Source: a virus
Direction: 5' to 3' (one strand)
DNA length: 64,000 nt
Virus record (IMG/VR): IMGVR_UViG_3300010316_000005
Span: 64,001-128,000 of that record
Shown piece by piece: positions 26,536 to 35,498 of the stretch. The notes under the pieces are model-generated. The model was not told where the DNA came from, did no database searches, and saw only the letters and a list, made by a program, of their open reading frames with translations. Position 1 is the first letter of the stretch, and each line of letters opens with the position of its first letter. Both the position numbers and the translations under genes were made by a program.

Positions 26536-27737
26536 TTGTAGTATTCCTTGAATTCTGGAAAAACGTCGAGTAAGTTTGTATTTCTGATTTCGTCAAGCTT
26601 TTTTGTAAATTTAATAAATCTTTCAAATTCCATAGCCGAGCTTTGCGGCTTAGTTAGTATTTCCATAGTATTGTCTAACCCCGGAAGATTTCCGTATTCA
26701 AAATTTGAATACTTCTCTATATACTCTTGCTTGATCTTGTCTGGTAAATTTAATGCGTTGTAAATTTTAGGATTAGTAACTAGATTATTCCAGCCTGCAC
26801 TCGAGGTATACGTTACCAAGGACTTAATGTAATCGTGTATTTCGTCTAAGTATCCAATGTTTAAGCACTGTACTGCAATAGTAAACACTACTTTAACATC
26901 AGACGCGATTGCACGTCTAAGATTTTCATCAAATGTTTCCCACACTAATCCACTTCTGATATATTCGGCTCTTTTGCCAACGCCGTCTATGCTGAAATTT
27001 AATATAACTTTTCTAAACTTGTGCGCGTTGTCTAGCACCTTTTGTGGTAGTACCGTTCCGTTTGTTATTACAAACAATTCAAGATTGTTTACGTTCTTAC
27101 TAGATAGCAGCATATCAAATATCTCATCAAAGTCTGGGTGAACAAATGCTTCGCCGCCGATGAGACTAAACCTATCAATGCTTTCTAAAATAACAGAAAC
27201 ATCATTGAAATAGTTTTCTTTGGAATTACTAGTATACGCTGTTTTGATAGATTTGTCAACCTCGGCTATGCCGTGCTTCTTATATTCTGCTGCTATCTTC
27301 GACGACGAGTTTGGGTTACACATTATGCATTTGAGATTACATATATTTCCCAATATTTTTAAATTAACATACTGTAGATCCTCGGCTGCTATCTCGTTGC
27401 TATCAGCGTTTAAGAATTTTTCTAAAGTCTTAAACGTGCTTTCATTTTGATATTTGACGTTTTGATTTTGGCGGCGCGACTGAATACCGTTCTCTTCAGT
27501 GAATATGCAAGACTTACAGGTACGACGAATATCTTCAGAAATGTTTCCATCTATCATATCCCGCCGCATTGTCTTCATATAATCAGAATTCATATATTCT
27601 AACGGAGACATAAAGTCAGTTGATCGATTAGATGCTTTATCAGGTAATGCAATACAGCACGGAGTATAATACCCGTCAGTAGTATGAGATAGATTTATAA
27701 AAGGCTCAACACACCACGGCATTTTTTTATTAGTCAA
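26532..27737 (-). CDS. Radical SAM protein with N-terminal SPASM/twitch-like Cys motifs
   Basis: CVEPF...PCC...CKSC; CNLKCIMC; GGEAF; TNGT; SIDG. Confidence 0.85.
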   Translation of the reverse strand: MTNKKMPWCVEPFINLSHTTDGYYTPCCIALPDKASNRSTDFMSPLEYMNSDYMKTMRRDMIDGNISEDIRRTCKSCIFTEENGIQSRRQNQNVKYQNESTFKTLEKFLNADSNEIAAEDLQYVNLKILGNICNLKCIMCNPNSSSKIAAEYKKHGIAEVDKSIKTAYTSNSKENYFNDVSVILESIDRFSLIGGEAFVHPDFDEIFDMLLSSKNVNNLELFVITNGTVLPQKVLDNAHKFRKVILNFSIDGVGKRAEYIRSGLVWETFDENLRRAIASDVKVVFTIAVQCLNIGYLDEIHDYIKSLVTYTSSAGWNNLVTNPKIYNALNLPDKIKQEYIEKYSNFEYGNLPGLDNTMEILTKPQSSAMEFERFIKFTKKLDEIRNTNLLDVFPEFKEYYK

Positions 27738-28620
27738 TTTCTACTCTTTCCATAGTGCTGTATTCACATAATGCATCGATGATCTCAGTAGGTGTCATTT
27801 CGTTGTTGACTAGCATTGCTACTGGAATATTTCCCATTGCGTTCTTAGGATCATCTTTAACAAATCCTAGCGCACCTAGATAGTTGTGATTTTGAATCCA
27901 CCATTCGTCCATTCCATCTAAAAATCGTCGAACGCTTTCGTTTCCTCTAGAATGAAAATATGCAGTAAAGTCCGAGCTGTAATATCTAAGTGGACGTATG
28001 TTATCTTCCCCGACTACATCGTCGCCGTCCTTGTATACATCATATAGTGGCTTCCCGACTTCGCAATAATTGATATAAACTTCGCCAAACTTTCTCAACA
28101 ATGTAAAATGTTCATAGTCAGCGTCAATCATATCATATCTCTTCCTATTAGCAAATCTACAAACAATCCTAGGAAAATGCTTTTCTTGGGTAGTGTTATG
28201 ATAGAAGTTTTCAGCTCTGTGTATAATTACGTTGTATCTTTCCAACGCATCCCTAACTTGTAAATTTGACCTATGCCAAAAGTCAGTAGGCGACAATACG
28301 CCGCCACGCAAGTTTTCAAAGTAGTGATGAAGATGATTAAGCTGCTCTTGCGGCATTCCTACAAACGCCCTATGATATACAACTTCTTCTTGCGAGTTAA
28401 GAACATCAATACAATCATTTAGTTCTTGTACTAATCTTTCTTCAGTCCACACTCCATTAGGAAAGTTATACAAGCGGTCCTTTTCAGCAATCTCATTATT
28501 ATTATTGCATTGTTCTACTAACGCCCGGTGCCAACGAGTTGCTATATCAGTTCCGTAGACTTGATACTGTAACTTAAATTCTTCTTTACTAGAGTTTGAA
28601 AACACTATCGAAAATATCAT
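27730..28620 (-). CDS. Hypothetical protein
   Basis: 296 aa; QLNHLHHYFE and YCEVGK motifs. Confidence 0.7.
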   Translation of the reverse strand: MIFSIVFSNSSKEEFKLQYQVYGTDIATRWHRALVEQCNNNNEIAEKDRLYNFPNGVWTEERLVQELNDCIDVLNSQEEVVYHRAFVGMPQEQLNHLHHYFENLRGGVLSPTDFWHRSNLQVRDALERYNVIIHRAENFYHNTTQEKHFPRIVCRFANRKRYDMIDADYEHFTLLRKFGEVYINYCEVGKPLYDVYKDGDDVVGEDNIRPLRYYSSDFTAYFHSRGNESVRRFLDGMDEWWIQNHNYLGALGFVKDDPKNAMGNIPVAMLVNNEMTPTEIIDALCEYSTMERVEID

Positions 28621-29741
28621 TAATTGCTGTTCCTTAGAACTTTTGTATTACCCAGTTGCGTGTTCCAATTACTATGTTTTGTACACTGAGTCGCACAGCT
28701 ATCAAACGGATTTTTTGTCGTCCATGATTTTTCTATTTCTAAAAACAAGTCAGACTCAATAACATCCTTGATTTCATTCTTAATTATATTGTTAAAGTCT
28801 AATGGATAGTTTTTCTGTTTATAGAATTGAGAAGAAAAGGATCCAGGAACCATATTTAACAGACTGTTCTGAGCATCAAATGACACCCAGCAGCAAGGCC
28901 AAAGTCTGCCATCAGCTGACAAATAAACAGAACTTTGTTTCGTTACCTGACAACTAACTTTGCTCGGTGCTGTAACAATTTTATCATCAGGCAACAGTGA
29001 TACTTCGGACTTACTAACGCAGTTAGCATCATATGATTCTTTCTGGTATCTCTGCTTAGGCAAATGACTAAAGCGATCTGCTATCTTTGAAGATGGTTCC
29101 AGTCGATATGATTCTTGTTTATTTTTATCCACTATTATGTAATCTCGGTTCCCATTCCACCGAACTGACGGACGTTCTTTAAATTTTTTAAATCCGTATT
29201 CTAAAGACAAAGCTTTGCATTCGTCAACTTGATGTTCATTATGCTTAAATACTGTCATTGCCCAACTTGCATTGCCGCCTGTGTCAATGAATGACTTTGC
29301 GTTTTTCATAACAGTATCAAATCTAGTATTTCTTCGATACAAGTGATGTGTGTCAGCAAGTCCGTCTATGCCAAATTCTACTTCAACGTTTTTAAAAGAG
29401 CCAAGCCATTTCCAAAATTCAACACCGAGTGCGCCACCATTGGTTCGAATTTCTACTTTAACCTTAAACTTTAAAATAGCGTCAATCAAGGCTTTAGGAT
29501 TTGAGTGCATAACTATGTCGCCGAAATTTCCGTTAATTAAAACGTTCTCTAAGTTTTTAAAGTATTCATTTTTTAAGATCCTCTTAATTTGCTTCGGCGT
29601 CCATTCTTTGATTTCTAAATTAGGATGAGTCTCTAATGTAGCAGTAAGAGTTCGGGGGCATTGCGGGCAGCGGGCATTACAGTCACTAGTTGGTTCTAAG
29701 TGAAGGTGGCGCGGAGTATCTTTATAGATTCCATTAATCAT
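28620..29741 (-). CDS. Radical SAM protein with C-terminal SPASM/twitch-like motifs
   Basis: CNARCPQC, GNFGD, TNGG, FGIDG, GRLWPCC, CATQC. Confidence 0.85.
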   Translation of the reverse strand: MINGIYKDTPRHLHLEPTSDCNARCPQCPRTLTATLETHPNLEIKEWTPKQIKRILKNEYFKNLENVLINGNFGDIVMHSNPKALIDAILKFKVKVEIRTNGGALGVEFWKWLGSFKNVEVEFGIDGLADTHHLYRRNTRFDTVMKNAKSFIDTGGNASWAMTVFKHNEHQVDECKALSLEYGFKKFKERPSVRWNGNRDYIIVDKNKQESYRLEPSSKIADRFSHLPKQRYQKESYDANCVSKSEVSLLPDDKIVTAPSKVSCQVTKQSSVYLSADGRLWPCCWVSFDAQNSLLNMVPGSFSSQFYKQKNYPLDFNNIIKNEIKDVIESDLFLEIEKSWTTKNPFDSCATQCTKHSNWNTQLGNTKVLRNSN

Positions 29742-29877
29742 CTTTTATCTGCTCTATGTCAATTCTTTGAGGAGTACAGTGATGGCAAGAGTAACTCAAT
29801 CCTGTATCAAGTCTGAGATTAGTACGATACCATTTTGCCAAGCAAAAAGATGGGCTTACGTGATTTAGTTTCTTCAT
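29734..29877 (-). pseudogene. 47-aa N-terminal remnant of a radical SAM gene
   Basis: MKKLNHVSPSFCLAKW...SCHHCTPQRI resembles ISPSMCLAKF...SCHHPVPHKI at the N-terminus of 40446-41894; ATGA-coupled to the upstream gene. Confidence 0.65.
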
Positions 29878-30791
29878 TTAATTCCTATTTTCATGTATCT
29901 AGTATATTTATCAAGCGGTAGTTCGCCTAGATATAAACATTCACTCATAGTAACTTGTTTATCAAATTGTTCTTTACTACTAACACAGTTTACGTGTTCT
30001 TCAACTTCGTAATAGTTGTTTGATTGAAGAACAACCGTTGTACCTGTTGGTATTTTATTATACCATTCATCAAAGTTTTCGATGTGTTCGCAACTGGTGT
30101 TAATAACAGTATCTGGACAATCTGTTACAGGATAACTCATCCTATTGTTAGTCTTACTCCATTCTTGCCAAGTATGTCTACTATAATCAATATTCATAAT
30201 GTCTTCTGTAATACTCTTAAATTTCCAATCATCAATGAACCAGGGTTTATTAAATATTTCTGCAATCTTCGCGCACGACGGATCGATGTCAAAGCTACGA
30301 ATATTTCCTACTTTTATTCCGGACTCAAAAATCATAGTTGCTAGAGTACCGTACCATCCTGCACACAAAAACACTGTGCCGAGGTCTAAATTTAACTTTT
30401 TCAACTCACTAACTAACCAAAGCTTACTGTATAACTGGCCACGACTAAAACAGTCGTTATCAAACTCAACCTCATTCACAAATAAGCTCTTAAGAGCAGC
30501 AACAAACTGAGTGTTAGTATAGCTTGTCAACACAGGCCATAATTTCCAAACGTTATCTTCCATTACTAGCTTGCGCAAGTCATCGTCATCAAATAACCTA
30601 AAAATGCTGTGTAAGTTTTGATCCATTACTGCTTTGCGTAAGTCTTCGGCATTGCCCTGTACTGTGCTAGGCATCAGTCTAAAAATACTAGAAAGGTCTT
30701 TGTCTATGTATGCGCGTCTTAGATCAGACAACTTGCTGTTAGTTGGATACAGTAATTCAAATCTATCTAAGATTTCATAAGTCTCTAGCAT
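29874..30791 (-). CDS. Class I SAM-dependent methyltransferase-like protein
   Basis: LCAGWYG (motif I-like), SFDIDP, VINTSCEH. Confidence 0.65.
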   Translation of the reverse strand: MLETYEILDRFELLYPTNSKLSDLRRAYIDKDLSSIFRLMPSTVQGNAEDLRKAVMDQNLHSIFRLFDDDDLRKLVMEDNVWKLWPVLTSYTNTQFVAALKSLFVNEVEFDNDCFSRGQLYSKLWLVSELKKLNLDLGTVFLCAGWYGTLATMIFESGIKVGNIRSFDIDPSCAKIAEIFNKPWFIDDWKFKSITEDIMNIDYSRHTWQEWSKTNNRMSYPVTDCPDTVINTSCEHIENFDEWYNKIPTGTTVVLQSNNYYEVEEHVNCVSSKEQFDKQVTMSECLYLGELPLDKYTRYMKIGIK

Positions 30792-31800
30792 TAAATTTTT
30801 CCTTTAACCAAGCAAAGTCGTTTATCTTTACTAATTCAGATGTGTTACCTCTAAATGTTGCCCCAAAATGTGCGCCTTGCTTCGCTCCATCAATCGCATA
30901 CTTTCCGAATTGTCCTCGATTTACAGTACACCAAGTACGAAGTCTATGATTTGTTTCGTCATCATTTTGCCGGTCGATAACCTTTGAGCTGAGTTTACAA
31001 CACTCTCTAAAGGCGCTGCGCCAAGTACTGTACGGGTCTGTATTAAAAGCTGTGATGTTTGATATTTCATTTACTGCAATAAATTTACTAGAAACGCTAG
31101 TGGTCATATCAGGCTTCGATGTATCCATATTAATAGTCATTAGACGCGGAAACAGCTTGATTCCACCGTACCCATATACCAAACCATTAATAGGGTTCTG
31201 GCTGCGCCAAACGTGAACATGGTCTTGTTGATGAGACGGCACTATATAGTCAAAGTTGAAATCATCAACAATTACTGCGTCAGCATCAATAACCCAGAAC
31301 ATGTTAGTATTGGCCATTTCAGCAGCTTTGATATGAGCTTGATGAATCCCTGTAACGCCGTGTACACGTAACACCTTTGTAAATCTGTCTACTAATGCCT
31401 GATAATTTTCATCAGCGTTAGGCTCATCGTATGATATAAACACCTTGTCATACGGAGGGGTTATTGATGCAGTTATGTCAATTTGTTTTTGATCAACAAA
31501 GTTCTTCTTTTTCCATTCTTCTTCTGTAATAGGATAGGACTTACTTATTAAGCACACGCCGTCGTAAGAAGTGTCATTGTGTAAGAATTGATGAACATAC
31601 TTTTGGTCGTACGTTTCAACTTGGTACGAGAAATCAAAGCTATCTAATATTTCTAGGTCAGGTGGTATTGCCCAAAACATTTTAGTAAATGATTTTCTTT
31701 TTGCTTCCGTAATTGTAGCTGCATGTTTAGCAGCTACAAATCTTTGTTTAATCTGTTCCCAAGACTTATTTTTTTCACCAATAAAAATGATATCATACAT
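30775..31800 (-). CDS. GT-A-like glycosyltransferase
   Basis: FISYDEPNAD, AHIKAA, WVIDAD (DxD), GYGGIKLF; paralog of 41894-42829. Confidence 0.6.
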   Translation of the reverse strand: MYDIIFIGEKNKSWEQIKQRFVAAKHAATITEAKRKSFTKMFWAIPPDLEILDSFDFSYQVETYDQKYVHQFLHNDTSYDGVCLISKSYPITEEEWKKKNFVDQKQIDITASITPPYDKVFISYDEPNADENYQALVDRFTKVLRVHGVTGIHQAHIKAAEMANTNMFWVIDADAVIVDDFNFDYIVPSHQQDHVHVWRSQNPINGLVYGYGGIKLFPRLMTINMDTSKPDMTTSVSSKFIAVNEISNITAFNTDPYSTWRSAFRECCKLSSKVIDRQNDDETNHRLRTWCTVNRGQFGKYAIDGAKQGAHFGATFRGNTSELVKINDFAWLKEKFNARDL

Positions 31801-31820
31801 ACTTTATTATAACACCTATT

Positions 31821-32438
31821 TTATTGTTGTCTAGTATTTCCGTAGTGAATTACTTCGCATTTATCGTTGACGTAGTTTCTCCAAGGATCGATCACTACAC
31901 TGCCGTCGGGGATATTACAGTACAATGTATCAACATCACTTTGTCCAGTATACTTGTAGGTTGTGCTAGCACTATGAGCAAGCAAGAAGATTGCTGGCTT
32001 ATAAGGGCGATAATCGTCGCCCGTTAATGGATCTACGTAAATTGGCCTGTAACCAAGCTTTTCTACATAACTACCAATCAACAAACTATAACTCCCATCT
32101 AGATATTCAACACCTGGTTTGTACGCTTTGCCATGAATAACAATATCGCTCATGCGAGGATTTTGCTGTGCTGCAAAGACCAAACGGTCAGCAATGTTTT
32201 TTGCCTGAATCTCTCTTGCGTTCATTATAGCATCAAATAAATCGTAGCCTAGATCTAATTCACTTGCCATGTATCTTAATGCAATATTATCACGCGGATG
32301 ACAATTGTGAACAACTACTCCGGTATTACTTTGTAGAAAGAATTGATCATCTTTTACTAGATGGCTTGGTTCAACTTCTACATTATAAACAGGACCGTTG
32401 TAGTCGAAAGTTTCTATTTTTTTAATTTTTGTTTTCAT
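31821..32438 (-). CDS. ugd: UDP-glucose dehydrogenase C-terminal fragment preceded by split-intein C-part
   Basis: Residues 1-45 are IntC (VYNVEV...VVHN), followed by CHPRDNIAL (catalytic Cys motif), GKAYKP and VIDPWR. Confidence 0.9.
   Translation of the reverse strand: MKTKIKKIETFDYNGPVYNVEVEPSHLVKDDQFFLQSNTGVVVHNCHPRDNIALRYMASELDLGYDLFDAIMNAREIQAKNIADRLVFAAQQNPRMSDIVIHGKAYKPGVEYLDGSYSLLIGSYVEKLGYRPIYVDPLTGDDYRPYKPAIFLLAHSASTTYKYTGQSDVDTLYCNIPDGSVVIDPWRNYVNDKCEVIHYGNTRQQ
32304..32438 (-). mobile_element. Split intein C-part (IntC, 45 aa)
   Basis: MKTKIKKIE...YNGPVYNVEV...GVVVHN|C; blocks F and G present. Confidence 0.92.
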
Positions 32439-33244
32439 AATTTAATTCCTAGATTTTTTAAATCACTTTCTAACATTATTTTTAATTTTAAGTCTGGATG
32501 TTGTTCGTTAAGTAACTCAAATTTTCTTTTTTGTATTCTATACCAATGACTTGCTTTTGGATCAACGTATGACCCCCATGCGTACACATAGAAATCGGGA
32601 AAATAATGATGAGTTAGCCCGTCGTCACCTATATAAGGAATTTTACCTTTATGACATTCAAAGGATAAATTGTTATCGTCTAAATATTCTATAAACTTTA
32701 ATTCGTATCTTCCTTGTACTTTATATGTAGCACCGTTACTATGTTTATATTCGTGCCAGTGCGCTTGTCCAGAGGTATTAGCATTATCATAACATCCTCG
32801 CTCCCATGCATCAAGTGATCCTCGTTTAAACTTAGCACGAAATTCCGGGTCTTCCATAAGCTTAGATCTTGTAGCAGAAACCTTAGCTCTTATTTCCAGA
32901 CGTTTCATTCCATTCTTGTCTCCGGCATTTACACCTTTTAGTTTTTTAGATATCTTATCTTTTATTTCAGTGCCGCGAGAAGTGTATGCATTTCTTACCC
33001 CTTGCGATACTTTCTCTCTAATTTCCGGTCTTGCTGCTAATATAGGACGCCAACATTTGTTACAATAATCTTTATCAAAATATTCATTTTTTTTCATTTT
33101 ACAATAATGACCTTTTAATCTGTTGTGCAAGTTCCCGCAAGAATCACATAACAGTTCAATATATTGAAGATTAACTTCTCGATATCCTGTTTTATTTTGC
33201 TTAGATTTTTCTTTTTTTCTTATAATGTATTCATTTACAATCAT
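32435..33244 (-). mobile_element. Free-standing PD-(D/E)XK-type putative homing endonuclease between the split-intein halves
   Basis: CDSC and CNKC Zn ligands; basic NUMOD-like middle; C-terminal QGRYELKF...IPY...YFPDFYV...YVDPK; AT-rich; ATGA overlap with IntC. Confidence 0.8.
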
Positions 33245-33249
33245 AATAT

Positions 33250-33257
33250 TATTTATC
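33250..33257 (-). promoter_or_regulatory. Late-promoter-like GATAAATA for the endonuclease and ugd C-half
   Basis: Motif ends 5 nt before ATG 33244. Confidence 0.55.
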
Positions 33258-33288
33258 TAAGCAGAATAAAACGAGCATGACAAGCGGT

Positions 33289-35421
33289 TCAGTCATCCAA
33301 TACATACAATTTGTCAGTTTTTAATACATTGTCTGCTCTTACTACAATTCTCAAATTATTGCGCCAAACTGGAATTAAGTGGTCAGCAGTTGTTATTAAC
33401 TCTGCGTCATCTATTATAAACTTATACATTTTTCCTGTATAATGCCTAGACGTTACTTGATCTATTTTTTTATAATCAATTTTAGAACAAGCATAGTTGG
33501 CTGATTTAATAATTCGAGTTTGATCAGTATCATTTATATAACAATCATACAACTCGGCAATACAAATTTCTTTATCGTCTACATTCACAAGAAAATCACC
33601 TAACACACAGCCGCCTCCGTCGCCCATGCCTGCCTTCATGTACTGTGGGCCCATAATTCGCATCGTAGACTGCGCTAGAGCGTCTGTAACAACGTCTACG
33701 TTAATGTTGCCCTGTTGCTCTGCTACGTCCTGCACCATGTTTACAAGACCGATTTTGGCACTGATGAATGTGTTTCCTTGCCACGTACATTTGCCGTTTC
33801 TCCGTGTAAGAAAAATATGATTCTTTGGAAGCATAGCACAGTATACTTTTCCGGTATAATCAACTGAATTAAATTTGAGGCCGACACTAGAAGAACTTTG
33901 ATATAATGATGTTTTATTAACTAACTCGTATATTAAATGACAATCTTTATTTGATAATTCAGTCCTTGTAGTTCTATATGACGGGGATCTGCCAACTTTA
34001 ATAATTAGTTCACCGAGATCTGCTGCCATTTGATCTGAACTAGAAGCATAATATTTATAACGTTGGTCGTCTGGTGATTTTGTACCATTAAAATGTGTAG
34101 TATGTAGAGCAGCGCCATCAGCAAGGTTATATGTATCTAGAAATAAACGAATCATGTCTTTTCCTAAATCTTTAATAATGCCAGGAATAAATTTATCAAA
34201 CGATTTTCCAAATTGGCTCAAGTATGTTGACAATTCGGGCCATAACACTGATATGCCTGTTCTTCCTGTTAATAGTCGGTATCTATCTTTTTCAGGATGA
34301 TTATTATATATATTAGAGAACACTTCATTAATCATTTCGTATTTGTCGGGATTCACATCCGAGCATTGCGAAATAATAATTCTTCCTGATTGATTACAAA
34401 TACATCCTTCTGATAAAAACCAAGCCATAAATTGTACATAATCTTCAGTTGCAAATGTCATTTCATTTACTGTAACCGTCTTTGGTGAATTGTTGTGCCA
34501 TTCAGTTGATCGTTGAAACACAAATCCTTTGCGCTTGATCACATCATGCGCTGGTTCTAACTTCCAATTATATCCATAATTTTTTCCAGGCAATTTGTTT
34601 TTTGTTGACATGCTACCAACAAACATATTATGCCCAGAAGTAACTAATACATCATCTTTGCTACTGTGAAAATGTATCATACTTCCATTGTAATCTCTTG
34701 AAACCCATTTATCAGGTGTTAACCATTCAGGGAGCATAGTAGCAGGATCCAATGACAATACTTGATCGGTATCGATTGCGTCTTTAAATAATTTCCACCC
34801 AGTTGAGGTTAACACCTCGGTATCATCTGAGTAGCAATTATAAAAAACCTTGATACATTCGCACTCGTCCCATGTTCCTACTACATAGCGCGGTTCATTT
34901 TCCATAATAGTTTTGTAAAAATCCACAAGCTGTTTTGCGTCGCCGGTTTCTGATCCGTCATTAGTTCCAATCATTATCATTTCTGGATTGACCATGTCCC
35001 AAGCCACACTTCCCATTGCAATTAGGTACGGATTATACACGAAACGGGTATTAGTTACTAGTGGTTCTAGTTCTCGTCTAACTGTGCCCGGCAGCACTGT
35101 TGAAATAAGGACCAGCAACTGATTTTCATTCATATGCTCGTTGGCTTGCGTCAGCACTTGCTTCACAATATCGTAGTCAAAGTCTTTTGGCGGTAAGTGA
35201 GCAGTAGGCTCTCTTCCGTCATATGACGGATCATGCGGCGTTGGTACTGCAACAAATACAATGTCTCTGCCTGCTATTGCACCTTTAACTGTTGGAAACA
35301 TAGTAACCAACTGGCTCTTGCGACGTTCTGTATCATATCCCGATACTTCATGTCCTTTTTGCGCCATTACTTCGGCACAAGGCATTCCAAGTTTTCCGAC
35401 GCCTATAAATCCTATTCTCAT
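33289..35421 (-). CDS. ugd: UDP-glucose dehydrogenase N-terminal fragment with cis intein and split-intein N-part
   Basis: GVGKLG Rossmann motif, FVAVPTP, ISTVLPGT, YNP; KVFYN|intein|TFISAKI; GMGDGGG|IntN. Confidence 0.92.
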   Translation of the reverse strand: MRIGFIGVGKLGMPCAEVMAQKGHEVSGYDTERRKSQLVTMFPTVKGAIAGRDIVFVAVPTPHDPSYDGREPTAHLPPKDFDYDIVKQVLTQANEHMNENQLLVLISTVLPGTVRRELEPLVTNTRFVYNPYLIAMGSVAWDMVNPEMIMIGTNDGSETGDAKQLVDFYKTIMENEPRYVVGTWDECECIKVFYNCYSDDTEVLTSTGWKLFKDAIDTDQVLSLDPATMLPEWLTPDKWVSRDYNGSMIHFHSSKDDVLVTSGHNMFVGSMSTKNKLPGKNYGYNWKLEPAHDVIKRKGFVFQRSTEWHNNSPKTVTVNEMTFATEDYVQFMAWFLSEGCICNQSGRIIISQCSDVNPDKYEMINEVFSNIYNNHPEKDRYRLLTGRTGISVLWPELSTYLSQFGKSFDKFIPGIIKDLGKDMIRLFLDTYNLADGAALHTTHFNGTKSPDDQRYKYYASSSDQMAADLGELIIKVGRSPSYRTTRTELSNKDCHLIYELVNKTSLYQSSSSVGLKFNSVDYTGKVYCAMLPKNHIFLTRRNGKCTWQGNTFISAKIGLVNMVQDVAEQQGNINVDVVTDALAQSTMRIMGPQYMKAGMGDGGGCVLGDFLVNVDDKEICIAELYDCYINDTDQTRIIKSANYACSKIDYKKIDQVTSRHYTGKMYKFIIDDAELITTADHLIPVWRNNLRIVVRADNVLKTDKLYVLDD
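33292..33609 (-). mobile_element. Split intein N-part (IntN, 106 aa)
   Basis: CVLGDFLV (block A), LITTADHLIPV (block B, TxxH), ends RADNVLKTDKLYVLDD*. Confidence 0.9.
33772..34836 (-). mobile_element. Cis intein with LAGLIDADG endonuclease (355 aa)
   Basis: CYSDDTEVLTSTGWK, VTSGHNM, FMAWFLSEG, FLDTYNLADG, SSSDQMAADL, VYCAML...RRNGKCTWQGN|T. Confidence 0.93.
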
Positions 35422-35440
35422 AAAGAATCTCCTTCTATCA

Positions 35441-35476
35441 TACTTATCTATGTAGTTAATGCAAGTTTAATAAATA
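35441..35476. promoter_or_regulatory. Divergent late-promoter-like motifs
   Basis: GATAAGTA on the minus strand (35441-48) and ATAAATA on the plus strand (35470-76) in the divergent gap. Confidence 0.45.
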
Positions 35477-35498
35477 TGACTACGAAGGAATTTTATCA

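Noticed and set aside
32304-33609. Group I intron or simple frameshift as the explanation for the ugd break
   Set aside because: Both flanks encode clear intein blocks (C1, TxxH, terminal HN|C), and there is no non-coding space for an intron core (44-bp gap on one side, ATGA overlap on the other).
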